Below are positions 17,229 through 24,406 of a stretch of DNA of 24,406 bases, one piece after another. The stretch is from a virus. Lineage: Duplodnaviria; Caudoviricetes. The position numbers were made by a program, and so were the translations under genes. The stretch covers positions 1 to 24,406 of the IMG/VR virus record IMGVR_UViG_3300049142_000047; one strand, given 5' to 3'. The notes under the pieces were generated by a model. The model was not told the DNA's origin and made no database searches. It was given only the letters and a program-made list of their open reading frames with translations. Each line of letters begins with the position of its first letter. Positions within the stretch are counted from its first letter, which is position 1.

Positions 17229-17615
17229 TCATGCTGCCGTCCGGGTGGCGCGCATCGCACCCGACTCTTCCCCGAGTCGTTGAGAACTTACCAAGAGCTC
17301 AACAACATTGTCATTACGTTGCGTGTTGCAATCAGCCGGATATGCGCCAATAACGGGCCCATTTGGTGACGGCGGGTTACCGCCAAGCAACGCGGCGGGG
17401 TGCACGCCCAACACGCTGGCGACCTGCTCGAGCTCGTCGGTGTTGAAGGCAATCACCCCTCGCAGGCGCTTCGAAACGCTCGACTGTGTGATGCCCAGGG
17501 CCTCGGCCAGCTGGGTCTGATTGATCCGCACACGGGCCATGTGGGCGCGGACCTCGGCGGCGACTTGTTCCCTCAGCCGGGCGGGCTGATTCGGGACGAC
17601 CGTCAGGGTGCTCAT
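17229..17615 (-). CDS. immunity repressor (XRE-type HTH) with C-terminal extension
   Basis: HTH INQTQLAEALGITQSSVSKRLRG; divergent from cro and upstream of int; ends in RTAA. Confidence 0.85.
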   Translation of the reverse strand: MSTLTVVPNQPARLREQVAAEVRAHMARVRINQTQLAEALGITQSSVSKRLRGVIAFNTDELEQVASVLGVHPAALLGGNPPSPNGPVIGAYPADCNTQRNDNVVELLVSSQRLGEESGAMRATRTAA

Positions 17616-17650
17616 GGTCGGAGGATATCTCCGCAGGGGATCACCTACAA
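17616..17650 (-). promoter_or_regulatory. leaderless repressor promoter
   Basis: On the - strand, TTGTAG-N17-TATCCT-N6-ATG; no Shine-Dalgarno sequence. Confidence 0.6.
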
Positions 17651-17685
17651 GATCAGCGACTAACGACACGGTCGTGAAACTATCG

Positions 17686-17728
17686 TAGTCCTTGACGGAC
17701 TAGTTCCTCAGGGACTAGAACAGTCCCC
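17686..17728 (+). promoter_or_regulatory. early (cro) promoter with operator palindromes
   Basis: TTGACG-N18-TAGAAC-N7-ATG. Inverted repeats TAGTCC-ttgac-GGACTA (17686-17702) and GGGACT-agaac-AGTCCC (17711-17727). Confidence 0.65.
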
Positions 17729-17959
17729 ATGACCAACACCCCAGCCCAGCGCATCGGCGCGAACGTACGGGCGGAGATGGCGCGCCGGGGGATCTCACAA
17801 ACCACCCTCGCCGAGAAGCTCGCCCTGACCCAGCCGAGCATCTCGTCCCGCCTTCGCGGCCAGGTCGCCTTCAACGTCGACGAGCTGGCTGTCGTCGCCG
17901 AGGCGCTCGACGTGCCGCTCGCCGCCCTACTGGCCGAGCAACCGGCCACCACCCCCTGA
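17729..17959 (+). CDS. cro: Cro-like HTH protein
   Basis: 76-aa HTH (GISQTTLAEKLALTQPSISSRLRG), divergent from the repressor. Confidence 0.85.
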   Translation: MTNTPAQRIGANVRAEMARRGISQTTLAEKLALTQPSISSRLRGQVAFNVDELAVVAEALDVPLAALLAEQPATTP

Positions 17960-17962
17960 TCA

Positions 17963-18046
17963 GGCCGTCCCGGTCGGGCAACAACCCGCGCCGGTGCGCC
18001 CCCCGTCGCCGGCAGTGCGGGTGACTCCACCCCCACCGGGACGGCC
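17963..18046 (+). other. long nested RNA hairpin after cro
   Basis: Perfect 12-bp outer stem GGCCGTCCCGGT / ACCGGGACGGCC plus two inner stems. Confidence 0.6.
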
Positions 18047-18073
18047 GCCCCTTTCCTGAACGGAGCAGGACCA

Positions 18074-18568
18074 ATGAACCGAACGCAACCGCAGTACCCG
18101 CTGATCGGGCAGGCCCAGGCCCGCCAATCCCGCGGCCCTTTCCGCGAGCACGCGCACCTGGTGGTGGCCGCCAGCATCGCCGTGCTGATCGCAGGCGTGA
18201 TCGCCTGGGTGATCCATCACGACGCGACCGCAACGCGCGCCGCTGATGCCAAGGCCGTCGTTGCCAAGCCCACCGCCACACCGCGAGTCCCGGTACCGCA
18301 GCGCACCAAGCCGGTCGAGTACTCGCCCAAGCTCAGCGACCACATCACCGGCGACGGGACCTGGTTGATCGGTAAGGAGATCAAGCGCGGCACCTACCGC
18401 TCCGAGGGCGGCGAGTGGTGCTTCTGGGAGCGGCTGCGTGACCTGTCCGGCGAGCCCGATGGGGTCATGTCGAAGGGGTTCGTGAACGGCCCGCAGTACG
18501 TTGCTATGGGCCCGGATGATGTGGCGTTCTCCAGCCAGGGCTGCGGTCAGTGGGTGATGGTGAAGTGA
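18074..18568 (+). CDS. membrane-anchored protein with extracytoplasmic domain
   Basis: TM helix, then GDGTWLIGKEIKRGTY...CFWERLRDLSG...GCGQW, a pattern common in actinobacterial surface proteins. Confidence 0.75.
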   Translation: MNRTQPQYPLIGQAQARQSRGPFREHAHLVVAASIAVLIAGVIAWVIHHDATATRAADAKAVVAKPTATPRVPVPQRTKPVEYSPKLSDHITGDGTWLIGKEIKRGTYRSEGGEWCFWERLRDLSGEPDGVMSKGFVNGPQYVAMGPDDVAFSSQGCGQWVMVK

Positions 18569-18945
18569 CCACTGTTGCCCCCGGTCCGTACGTGCACGCC
18601 GGCCCGTACGTCGACGCCGAGTTCTTCGACACGACCGGGACGCCCCACGGCTTCTGCCCGGAATGCGAGCATGCCCCCTGCATCGCCGGCGGCAAGAACT
18701 TCTGCACGCACCGGCCGCGGTTCATCGTGGCCGCTGCCATCCGCAAGGAACTGTTCGCCCTCCTCGACGAGCAGTTCCACAACCCGCTCGAGCTGCCTCT
18801 GCGTGCGGCCGTCTGGGGGTTGGTGGACACCGCACACCAGGGCGGCACCGGCTGGGGTGACGACTGGCTCGCAGACCACGTCTCCCGCGAAGCATTCGCC
18901 ACCCTGGCCGAGGTTCGCCGCGTGCTGCGGGAGCTGACGTCGTGA
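18565..18945 (+). CDS. hypothetical protein with Cys cluster
   Basis: GTGA coupling on both sides; CPECEHAPC..C. Confidence 0.6.
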   Translation: MTTVAPGPYVHAGPYVDAEFFDTTGTPHGFCPECEHAPCIAGGKNFCTHRPRFIVAAAIRKELFALLDEQFHNPLELPLRAAVWGLVDTAHQGGTGWGDDWLADHVSREAFATLAEVRRVLRELTS

Positions 18946-19214
18946 GCGCGCTGGCGAAGCAGGCGACCGACGCGTTCAACCAGCACGGCAGCTTCACCGC
19001 CCGCCTGGTCGAGCACGAGATGGCCGTCGAGATCCGGCACGTCGACACCGGCGAACACCTGACCACGCTGTGGGCCCCGTCCCACCTGGAGTGCTGGACG
19101 TGGCGGCAAACGCCGAACAGCGAGAGAGTCCGCACGCTCGACAGCGGATTCCGGATCGAACAGGTCGTCCGCATCGTCGCGACCTCGGTGCTCGACGAGA
19201 GGCGGAAGCCGTGA
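18942..19214 (+). CDS. hypothetical protein
   Basis: GGGAG RBS and GTGA coupling. Confidence 0.62.
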   Translation: MSALAKQATDAFNQHGSFTARLVEHEMAVEIRHVDTGEHLTTLWAPSHLECWTWRQTPNSERVRTLDSGFRIEQVVRIVATSVLDERRKP

Positions 19215-19558
19215 CGACCGTCGACGAGCGGCCGCACTACCGGACCGCCGAGCAGGAACTGTCCGACTCCCTCGAGGGAACGGCGCCCGCGTTGTCCCGC
19301 ACGGTGGCCGGCCTGATCGGCCCGGCCCGTACTGCGGAGCTCGCGAAGGCGATCGAGCGGGCCGTGAGTATCGCGGTGCGCCGGTACTCCGAGGACGAGA
19401 CCGCGGCGCGCCTCGCTGCGCTGTGGGTGATCGTCGAGCAGGGCGTCGAGGGCATCCCGCCGGAGTGCGAGTCGGCCGAGCCGTGGTCGCCGGATCCGGA
19501 CGAGGCCGAGCAGCAGGCCCGCGTCGATCGGTTCATGGCCGGAGGCAACGGTGCCTGA
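19211..19558 (+). CDS. hypothetical protein
   Basis: GTGA coupling; part of the tightly packed operon. Confidence 0.6.
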   Translation: MTTVDERPHYRTAEQELSDSLEGTAPALSRTVAGLIGPARTAELAKAIERAVSIAVRRYSEDETAARLAALWVIVEQGVEGIPPECESAEPWSPDPDEAEQQARVDRFMAGGNGA

Positions 19559-19949
19559 CCCAGAGCTGGTCCTCGGCACCACCGAGCTCGAGGACCCGAA
19601 GGCCGGGGGTGCCGCTGCTACGGCATCCTCGGCCACCGGCCACGCCGCAACCTGCCCTCTTGTCTGCTGCACCTCCGCAGACGACGAGAACGTGACCGGC
19701 GTACCGGCCCAGCAGCCTCCGCTGACCCCGGCCGAGTTCGACGCGATCGTCGGCGCGATCTGGGCCGACCTCGACGAGGACGAGTTCCGGATCGGTGACC
19801 TGCTGGCCGTCGCGCTGGGGTTCATCGCCGGCATCGCACTGCACGAGGACACCGACCCGCACGACGCGGCCCGCGCGGCCGCCGTACTGCGGGAGATGGA
19901 GCAGCGGGCCCTGTGGGGTCCGGACCACGAGCACGAGGACCACCGATGA
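19551..19949 (+). CDS. acidic hypothetical protein
   Basis: GGAGG RBS; ATGA overlap with the ERF gene. Confidence 0.6.
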   Translation: MPDPELVLGTTELEDPKAGGAAATASSATGHAATCPLVCCTSADDENVTGVPAQQPPLTPAEFDAIVGAIWADLDEDEFRIGDLLAVALGFIAGIALHEDTDPHDAARAAAVLREMEQRALWGPDHEHEDHR

Positions 19950-21028
19950 CCACCACCGCCGAGCCAACCCCCGAGATCCAGCAGGCCCAGCAGGTTGAGC
20001 CGCCTGGCGTCGACCAGCTGGCGGCCGCGCTCGCCGAGGTGCAAGCCGAGCTGCCCGCGATCGTCGCCCGCGAAACCGCGAAGGTGCCGACCAAGGCCGG
20101 CGGCGAGTACAGCTACAAGTACGCCGGCCTCGCCACCGTCGCGGCCGCGGTCCTGCCACTGCTCGGCAAGCACGGACTGTCCTTCACCGCCTGGCCCACG
20201 CTGGCGGGCAACCGCTTCGTGCTGCGGTACGAACTGCTCCACGCGTCAGGCCAGCGGCTCGGCGGGCTCTACCCGCTGTCCGAGGACGTCCGCTCCCCGC
20301 AGGCCATGGGGTCGCAGATCACCTACGCGCGCCGGTACGCGCTGTGCTCGGTCACCGGCGTCGCGCCCGAGGATGACGACGACGCGGCTTCAGCCGAGGC
20401 CGACAAGCAGGCCCAGCGTGCCGAACGCCGGGCCCAGGCGGCCGCTGCAGCCGAGCAGGAGCAAGCCCAGGCAGCCAGCGAGCTGAACCACGCCAGGGAC
20501 GCAGTACGGGGCGCGTGGGCGGTGCACTACGGCGAGTTCGACGGGGACCAGGCGGGCGAGCTGTTCCGCACCTGGTCAAAGGGCGGCACGCTGACCACTG
20601 CGACCGCCGGCCAACTGCGGGCGTTCGCCGCCTACCTGTCGAACCTGCCCGTCGCTGACGCCGGCAGCGAGCCGACCACCCCGCCGCCCTCGAGCGACCC
20701 CGAGGCCCGGCAGGAGAAGCTGAGCAAGCGCGACAACGCACACATGTTCGTGCTGTTCGAGAAGCTCGGCTACAAGGAAGACCGGCAGGGCCAGCTCGAG
20801 TACCTGACCAAGGTGCTCGGCCGGACGATCAGCTCTCGCAGCGATGTGATGCAGGCCGACGCGCCCGCAGTACTGACCGCGCTCAAGGCCGACGTCGACA
20901 TCGCGGAGCGGACGGGCAACATGCCCGGGCCGCTGCTCCAAGACTCCGATCCCGCCGCCGGCGCCCAAAGCGCGTCCGGTGAGTCCCGTGTGCCCGCGGG
21001 ATCGGAGACACCGAGCGGGAGCGCGTGA
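19946..21028 (+). CDS. ERF-family ssDNA-annealing recombinase
   Basis: LAAALAEVQ, YKYA, LGKHGL and Q.MGSQITYARRYAL...GVAPEDDD. Confidence 0.9.
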   Translation: MTTTAEPTPEIQQAQQVEPPGVDQLAAALAEVQAELPAIVARETAKVPTKAGGEYSYKYAGLATVAAAVLPLLGKHGLSFTAWPTLAGNRFVLRYELLHASGQRLGGLYPLSEDVRSPQAMGSQITYARRYALCSVTGVAPEDDDDAASAEADKQAQRAERRAQAAAAAEQEQAQAASELNHARDAVRGAWAVHYGEFDGDQAGELFRTWSKGGTLTTATAGQLRAFAAYLSNLPVADAGSEPTTPPPSSDPEARQEKLSKRDNAHMFVLFEKLGYKEDRQGQLEYLTKVLGRTISSRSDVMQADAPAVLTALKADVDIAERTGNMPGPLLQDSDPAAGAQSASGESRVPAGSETPSGSA

Positions 21029-21351
21029 TGCCTCGCCGCTCCCGCTCGGTGCGCCCGACCGGCCCGGCCCGCTGCAGCAGCTGCGGTGCCCGAGTGACGT
21101 TCGTGCGGATGACCTACACCGGCAAGCGGATGCCCGTCGACCCGATCCCCGTTGCTGACGGCAACGTGTCGGCCCGGCTCATTGGCAACCAGCTACACGG
21201 CTACGTCATCTCCGACGAGCACCCGCACGGGCCGCCGAACGCCCGGTACGCCGCGCACTTCGGCACCTGCCCGGACCGGCCCCAACCCAAGCCGCGGCCT
21301 CCACAGCCGCCCGCCCTGTTCGACCTACCCACAACCCAAGGAGAACCGTGA
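21025..21351 (+). CDS. putative Zn-binding hypothetical protein
   Basis: CSSC...GKRMPVDP...HFGTC. Confidence 0.7.
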   Translation: MMPRRSRSVRPTGPARCSSCGARVTFVRMTYTGKRMPVDPIPVADGNVSARLIGNQLHGYVISDEHPHGPPNARYAAHFGTCPDRPQPKPRPPQPPALFDLPTTQGEP

Positions 21352-21728
21352 CCGACGTATCCAAGAGCGTGAAGCTCGCCGGGCGGCTGCCAGGCAGCAC
21401 CGAGAACAACGGACTGCTGTCCGTCGTCCAGGAGCTGATCGACGCTCCTAAGGCCGACCGCATGTTCGTGATCTGGGCCGACGTCCTGAAGATCACCGAG
21501 GACGTGGAGACCGGCGACCACGTGCCCACGCTGCGGGTGAAGCGGATCGAGCCGATGGGCGAGGTCGGTGACGCCCAGCAGGCCCTGCGTGAGCTCGTGA
21601 TGCAGGCCGCCGAGACGCGGTTGGGTCACACGCCGCTGCCGTTCGACGAGACCGACGTCGACGGCGTCAAGGTGCTGTCGTTCGGCGACGTCGAGGACGA
21701 CAACAACGACGACGGAGAGGACGACTGA
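21348..21728 (+). CDS. hypothetical protein
   Basis: AAGGAG RBS, GTGA coupling and an acidic C-terminus. Confidence 0.7.
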   Translation: MTDVSKSVKLAGRLPGSTENNGLLSVVQELIDAPKADRMFVIWADVLKITEDVETGDHVPTLRVKRIEPMGEVGDAQQALRELVMQAAETRLGHTPLPFDETDVDGVKVLSFGDVEDDNNDDGEDD

Positions 21729-21967
21729 TGGCGGAGCGGCAAAGCGACGAGTACGCCGACCTCCTGGCGACCACCAAGCTCGACCAGTTGCTGGAAGCGT
21801 TCTTCCAGGCCAGCGGCGAGTTCGCCTCGATGCGGGAGTACGCCGAGCACGTGGTCAAGTCGTCGGCCGGCGCTGAGTTCCTGATCAGCAAGGGCCAGGT
21901 GCGCCTGACGTTCGACCTGAAGCCGGCTGAGCCCGTCACCGTCGACCCCGGCCCGATCGATCTCTAG
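21728..21967 (+). CDS. hypothetical protein
   Basis: GAGGA RBS and TGATG coupling. Confidence 0.62.
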   Translation: MAERQSDEYADLLATTKLDQLLEAFFQASGEFASMREYAEHVVKSSAGAEFLISKGQVRLTFDLKPAEPVTVDPGPIDL

Positions 21968-21969
21968 TC

Positions 21970-22425
21970 ATGGCCGAGTGGGCCGTGCAGGTCTTCGGTG
22001 ACCCAGCACCACAGGGCTCGATGACCTGCAAGGCCAGACACGTCACCAAGCCGAACCTTCAGCCCAGCAACGAGAAGGAGCTGAAGGCGTGGCGCTCCCG
22101 CGTCGAGAAGGCCGGGCGGGCCCTACCAGTCACGGGGCTGGTGGGGCCCTTGCGTGTCGTCGCTACCCACACGATCGCGCGGCCGCGCACGGTCCCGCTG
22201 AGGGTCCGCGCCTGGCCGATGGTCGTGTCCGCCGACGTCGACAAGCTCGCCCGCGCGCTGCTAGACGGCCTGGCCTCATCTGGTGTCTTCGGCAACGACG
22301 CGCAGGTGTGCGGCCTGACCGTCTGGAAGCGCTACCCCGACTCCCCGTCCGTCCCGTGGATCGACCGTGCCGACCATCTCGACCGGCCCGGCGTCGTCAT
22401 CCGCATCTACCCCATTGGAGCGTGA
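21970..22425 (+). CDS. rusA: RusA-like Holliday junction resolvase
   Basis: G.PAPQGS, DVDKLARALLDGL and VF.NDAQV. Confidence 0.87.
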   Translation: MAEWAVQVFGDPAPQGSMTCKARHVTKPNLQPSNEKELKAWRSRVEKAGRALPVTGLVGPLRVVATHTIARPRTVPLRVRAWPMVVSADVDKLARALLDGLASSGVFGNDAQVCGLTVWKRYPDSPSVPWIDRADHLDRPGVVIRIYPIGA

Positions 22426-22428
22426 CCA

Positions 22429-22752
22429 GTGAAGCCAGAGCAGTGCGCGATCGGCGGCGTGCCAGACGACCACCCAGCCGCCGAGGTGATCCGCGAAGTG
22501 AAGGCCTGGCTGGACGAGCAGCCCCACCGCTGCAACGTGGCCATGCTCGGCCGCGGCTGGCGTTCTGAGGGCTGCGGGTGGCGCTGCCCTCGCTGCGGTG
22601 CCGAGTGGACGCTGAAGCGCGCTGAGAGGCCCGTCGAGGACCACACCACGCCGTACGGCGTACACCCGCGCTCGCAGTGCGGGCCGGCCTTCTGTGACCT
22701 GCTGCCGCCCCGACCGGTCATGGAGTGGGTCCGCGACGAGGTGGCGGGATGA
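22429..22752 (+). CDS. Cys-rich hypothetical protein
   Basis: GGAG RBS; HRC...CPRCGAEW. Confidence 0.55.
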   Translation: MKPEQCAIGGVPDDHPAAEVIREVKAWLDEQPHRCNVAMLGRGWRSEGCGWRCPRCGAEWTLKRAERPVEDHTTPYGVHPRSQCGPAFCDLLPPRPVMEWVRDEVAG

Positions 22753-23057
22753 GCGCGTCGCTGTGGTTCGACGGCGGCACGTGTGAGCACGACCATGACG
22801 TCACGTACAACCTGTCCGAGATGCTCGCCAAGGCCGGGTACGCGGGACACCGCGAGGTACAGGGCTGGGGCGCTCGACGTCTCGGCCGGCATGTCCTGCG
22901 GGTGCATCTGGAGCTGCTCAGCCTGCCCGGGTACTACGAGTCGTTCAACCCGCCCAACGGCTGGGGGACGTACGCCGGCCTGGTCGAGTGGACTCTGCAC
23001 CTCGGGATCTGTGCGACCTTGCAGCCGAAGCGTGCGCGCGTCTCGGGGTCCCTGTGA
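22749..23057 (+). CDS. conserved-looking phage hypothetical protein
   Basis: GAGG RBS and ATGA coupling; VTYNLSEM and FNPPNGWGTY motifs. Confidence 0.65.
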   Translation: MSASLWFDGGTCEHDHDVTYNLSEMLAKAGYAGHREVQGWGARRLGRHVLRVHLELLSLPGYYESFNPPNGWGTYAGLVEWTLHLGICATLQPKRARVSGSL

Positions 23058-23446
23058 GTGGCCGGATCGTCGGCGAGGTGCTCCACCACGCCCCAGACGA
23101 CCTCCCACCGCTCGACTTCCGCGTGCTGATATGCCTCGCCGAGGACGCCCACGACAAGGACCGCACGGCCGCCAACGAGTGCTCGGCCGAGATCCTCGCG
23201 TACAAGGCCAGGTCGACCCCGGCCAGCGTCCGCCAGGCCCTCAAGCGGCTGAAGGACCGGGCCCTCATCCGACCCGTGCACAGCAAGGTGCACCGCGGCC
23301 AGCAGCAGAACTGGGTGATCACGAAGCTGTCCAGCTACCACCGCGAAGGCGCCCGAATCATCCAGCTAAAGCGTGACCCCCAGCAGTCACGCAATCCAGG
23401 CGATCCGGACGACCCCGAAAGCGTGACCTCTGGAAGTCACACATAG
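23054..23446 (+). CDS. winged-HTH replication initiator-like protein (130 aa)
   Basis: RVLICLAE...LA.....SVRQALKRL..RALI; overlaps the iteron cluster. Confidence 0.7.
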   Translation: MSGRIVGEVLHHAPDDLPPLDFRVLICLAEDAHDKDRTAANECSAEILAYKARSTPASVRQALKRLKDRALIRPVHSKVHRGQQQNWVITKLSSYHREGARIIQLKRDPQQSRNPGDPDDPESVTSGSHT

Positions 23447-23524
23447 GCCCTGTGGATAAACCCGGAATGCGTGACTAAAAGCGTGACTAAACGCCCGAGA
23501 AAGCGTGACTTCTGGAAGTCACAC
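23368..23524. repeat. putative replication origin (iterons + DnaA box)
   Basis: GCGTGAC-N8-GTCACRC at 23371, 23421 and 23503; half-sites at 23469 and 23481; TGTGGATAA at 23451-23459. Confidence 0.75.
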
Positions 23525-23601
23525 CACCCGTAAAGACCACCCGTAACCACCGTATCTAGTACCCCAGCCCGGCACTTAGGTGTAGGCGGAAGGACCCAAA
23601 A

Positions 23602-23922
23602 ATGAGCACCGTAGAGACCATCCCGAAGGCCGCCGTTTGGGCCGCTCTCGAAGGCCTCGGAATCCCGGCCGGCGAGCCCTTCAACCGGACGATGGTCGTG
23701 CACATCACCGGCGACCTCATCAGCTACGAGCAGGCCGATGGTCAGACGATCCTGTGGCGGCGCGTCGTCGACGAGTGCCCCAGCTGCCACACCGCCGATG
23801 GCCACCCGCACACCGAGTACTGCCAGTACGCCGGCCTGGTCGCCGTCAAGGCCACCGACCAGCACGACACCGCGTGCCAATGCGAGCTCTGCCAGCTCGA
23901 CCCGTACGTGGACCCCGCATGA
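23602..23922 (+). CDS. Cys/His-rich hypothetical protein
   Basis: AAGGA RBS; CPSC..H..YC and H...CQCELC. Confidence 0.65.
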   Translation: MSTVETIPKAAVWAALEGLGIPAGEPFNRTMVVHITGDLISYEQADGQTILWRRVVDECPSCHTADGHPHTEYCQYAGLVAVKATDQHDTACQCELCQLDPYVDPA

Positions 23923-24077
23923 GCACCGCGGACCAGATCCTCGGCGCCCTGTTCGTCGCTGCGATGGTGTGCATCCTCAGCCTCTGCTGGTCGCTGCAGC
24001 AGGCACACCACCGCCTCGACGACCTCGAGCTCGAGGTGTTCGACGACGAGAACCAGGACGCCGAGGTCGACGCGTGA
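23919..24077 (+). CDS. small membrane protein (52 aa)
   Basis: ATGA/GTGA coupling, one TM helix and an acidic tail. Confidence 0.55.
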   Translation: MSTADQILGALFVAAMVCILSLCWSLQQAHHRLDDLELEVFDDENQDAEVDA

Positions 24078-24340
24078 GCAAGGGTTGGGAAGGCGGATCG
24101 ACCAGAGCCTGGCGCAAGTTCCGATCCCGCATCCTGTTCCGCGATGGAGGCCTGTGCCAGCTCAAGCTCGAAGGCTGCTCGGTGTACGCCGACCAGGTCC
24201 ACCACCTCGACGGCGTACGCGCAGGCCTCATCTGCCCAGACGACAGGGCCCAGGCAGCATGCGCCACCTGCAACCAGAAGGCCGGCGACCCAACCAAGGC
24301 CGACCCCAAGCCCAACCCATCCACCACCAACTGGGACTGA
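24074..24340 (+). CDS. HNH endonuclease (HK97 gp74-like packaging helper)
   Basis: W...R..IL.RDG..C, VHH and CATCN; terminal position next to the terminase if circular. Confidence 0.82.
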   Translation: MSKGWEGGSTRAWRKFRSRILFRDGGLCQLKLEGCSVYADQVHHLDGVRAGLICPDDRAQAACATCNQKAGDPTKADPKPNPSTTNWD

Positions 24341-24354
24341 CCATGGAGGACACG

Positions 24355-24406
24355 ATGCCGATCCAGCATCACCACCAGCGCAACACCTTCGGCCTGTGCT
24401 CAGGCT
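24355..24406 (+). CDS. 5' part of the junction-spanning ORF
   Basis: GGAGGA at 24345-24350, ATG 24355, open to the window end (MPIQHHHQRNTFGLCSG). Confidence 0.45.
   Translation, partial: MPIQHHHQRNTFGLCSG

Noticed and set aside
17320-17365. tRNA gene
   Set aside because: No T-arm, D-arm or acceptor stem is visible.
23368-23524. Possible mini-CRISPR array
   Set aside because: Repeats are short, palindromic and irregularly spaced, with no cas genes; they fit iterons beside an initiator.
1-24406. Stop-codon reassignment, DGR/retron, introns or inteins, defence island
   Set aside because: Genes tile tightly under the standard code with TGA, TAG and TAA all used as stops. I recognised no reverse transcriptase, intein, toxin or restriction-modification motifs.

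Overview
The window looks like a complete or near-complete ~24.4 kb temperate, long-tailed (siphovirus-type) phage or excised prophage of a high-GC actinobacterium. The left arm (+ strand) encodes: large terminase; one 1050-aa ORF fusing portal, HK97-type prohead protease and major capsid; connector and tail genes with a probable -1 frameshifting tail chaperone; tape measure; minor tail proteins; and a lysis cassette (membrane protein, collagen-like membrane protein, Zn-peptidase endolysin, holin). The central - strand block encodes a lipoprotein, a small ORF, a short tyrosine integrase and a repressor whose long tail ends in AA, the layout of integration-dependent immunity. The right arm (+ strand) encodes Cro, early genes, an ERF recombinase, a RusA-like resolvase, a minimal wHTH initiator beside palindromic iterons and a DnaA box, and an HNH endonuclease. 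One ORF reads in frame across the end-to-start junction, which suggests circularity. The most unusual feature is the portal-protease-capsid polyprotein, with in-frame internal ribosome-binding sites and a QQF motif repeated at domain boundaries. All calls come from motif recognition and synteny; no database searches were run.
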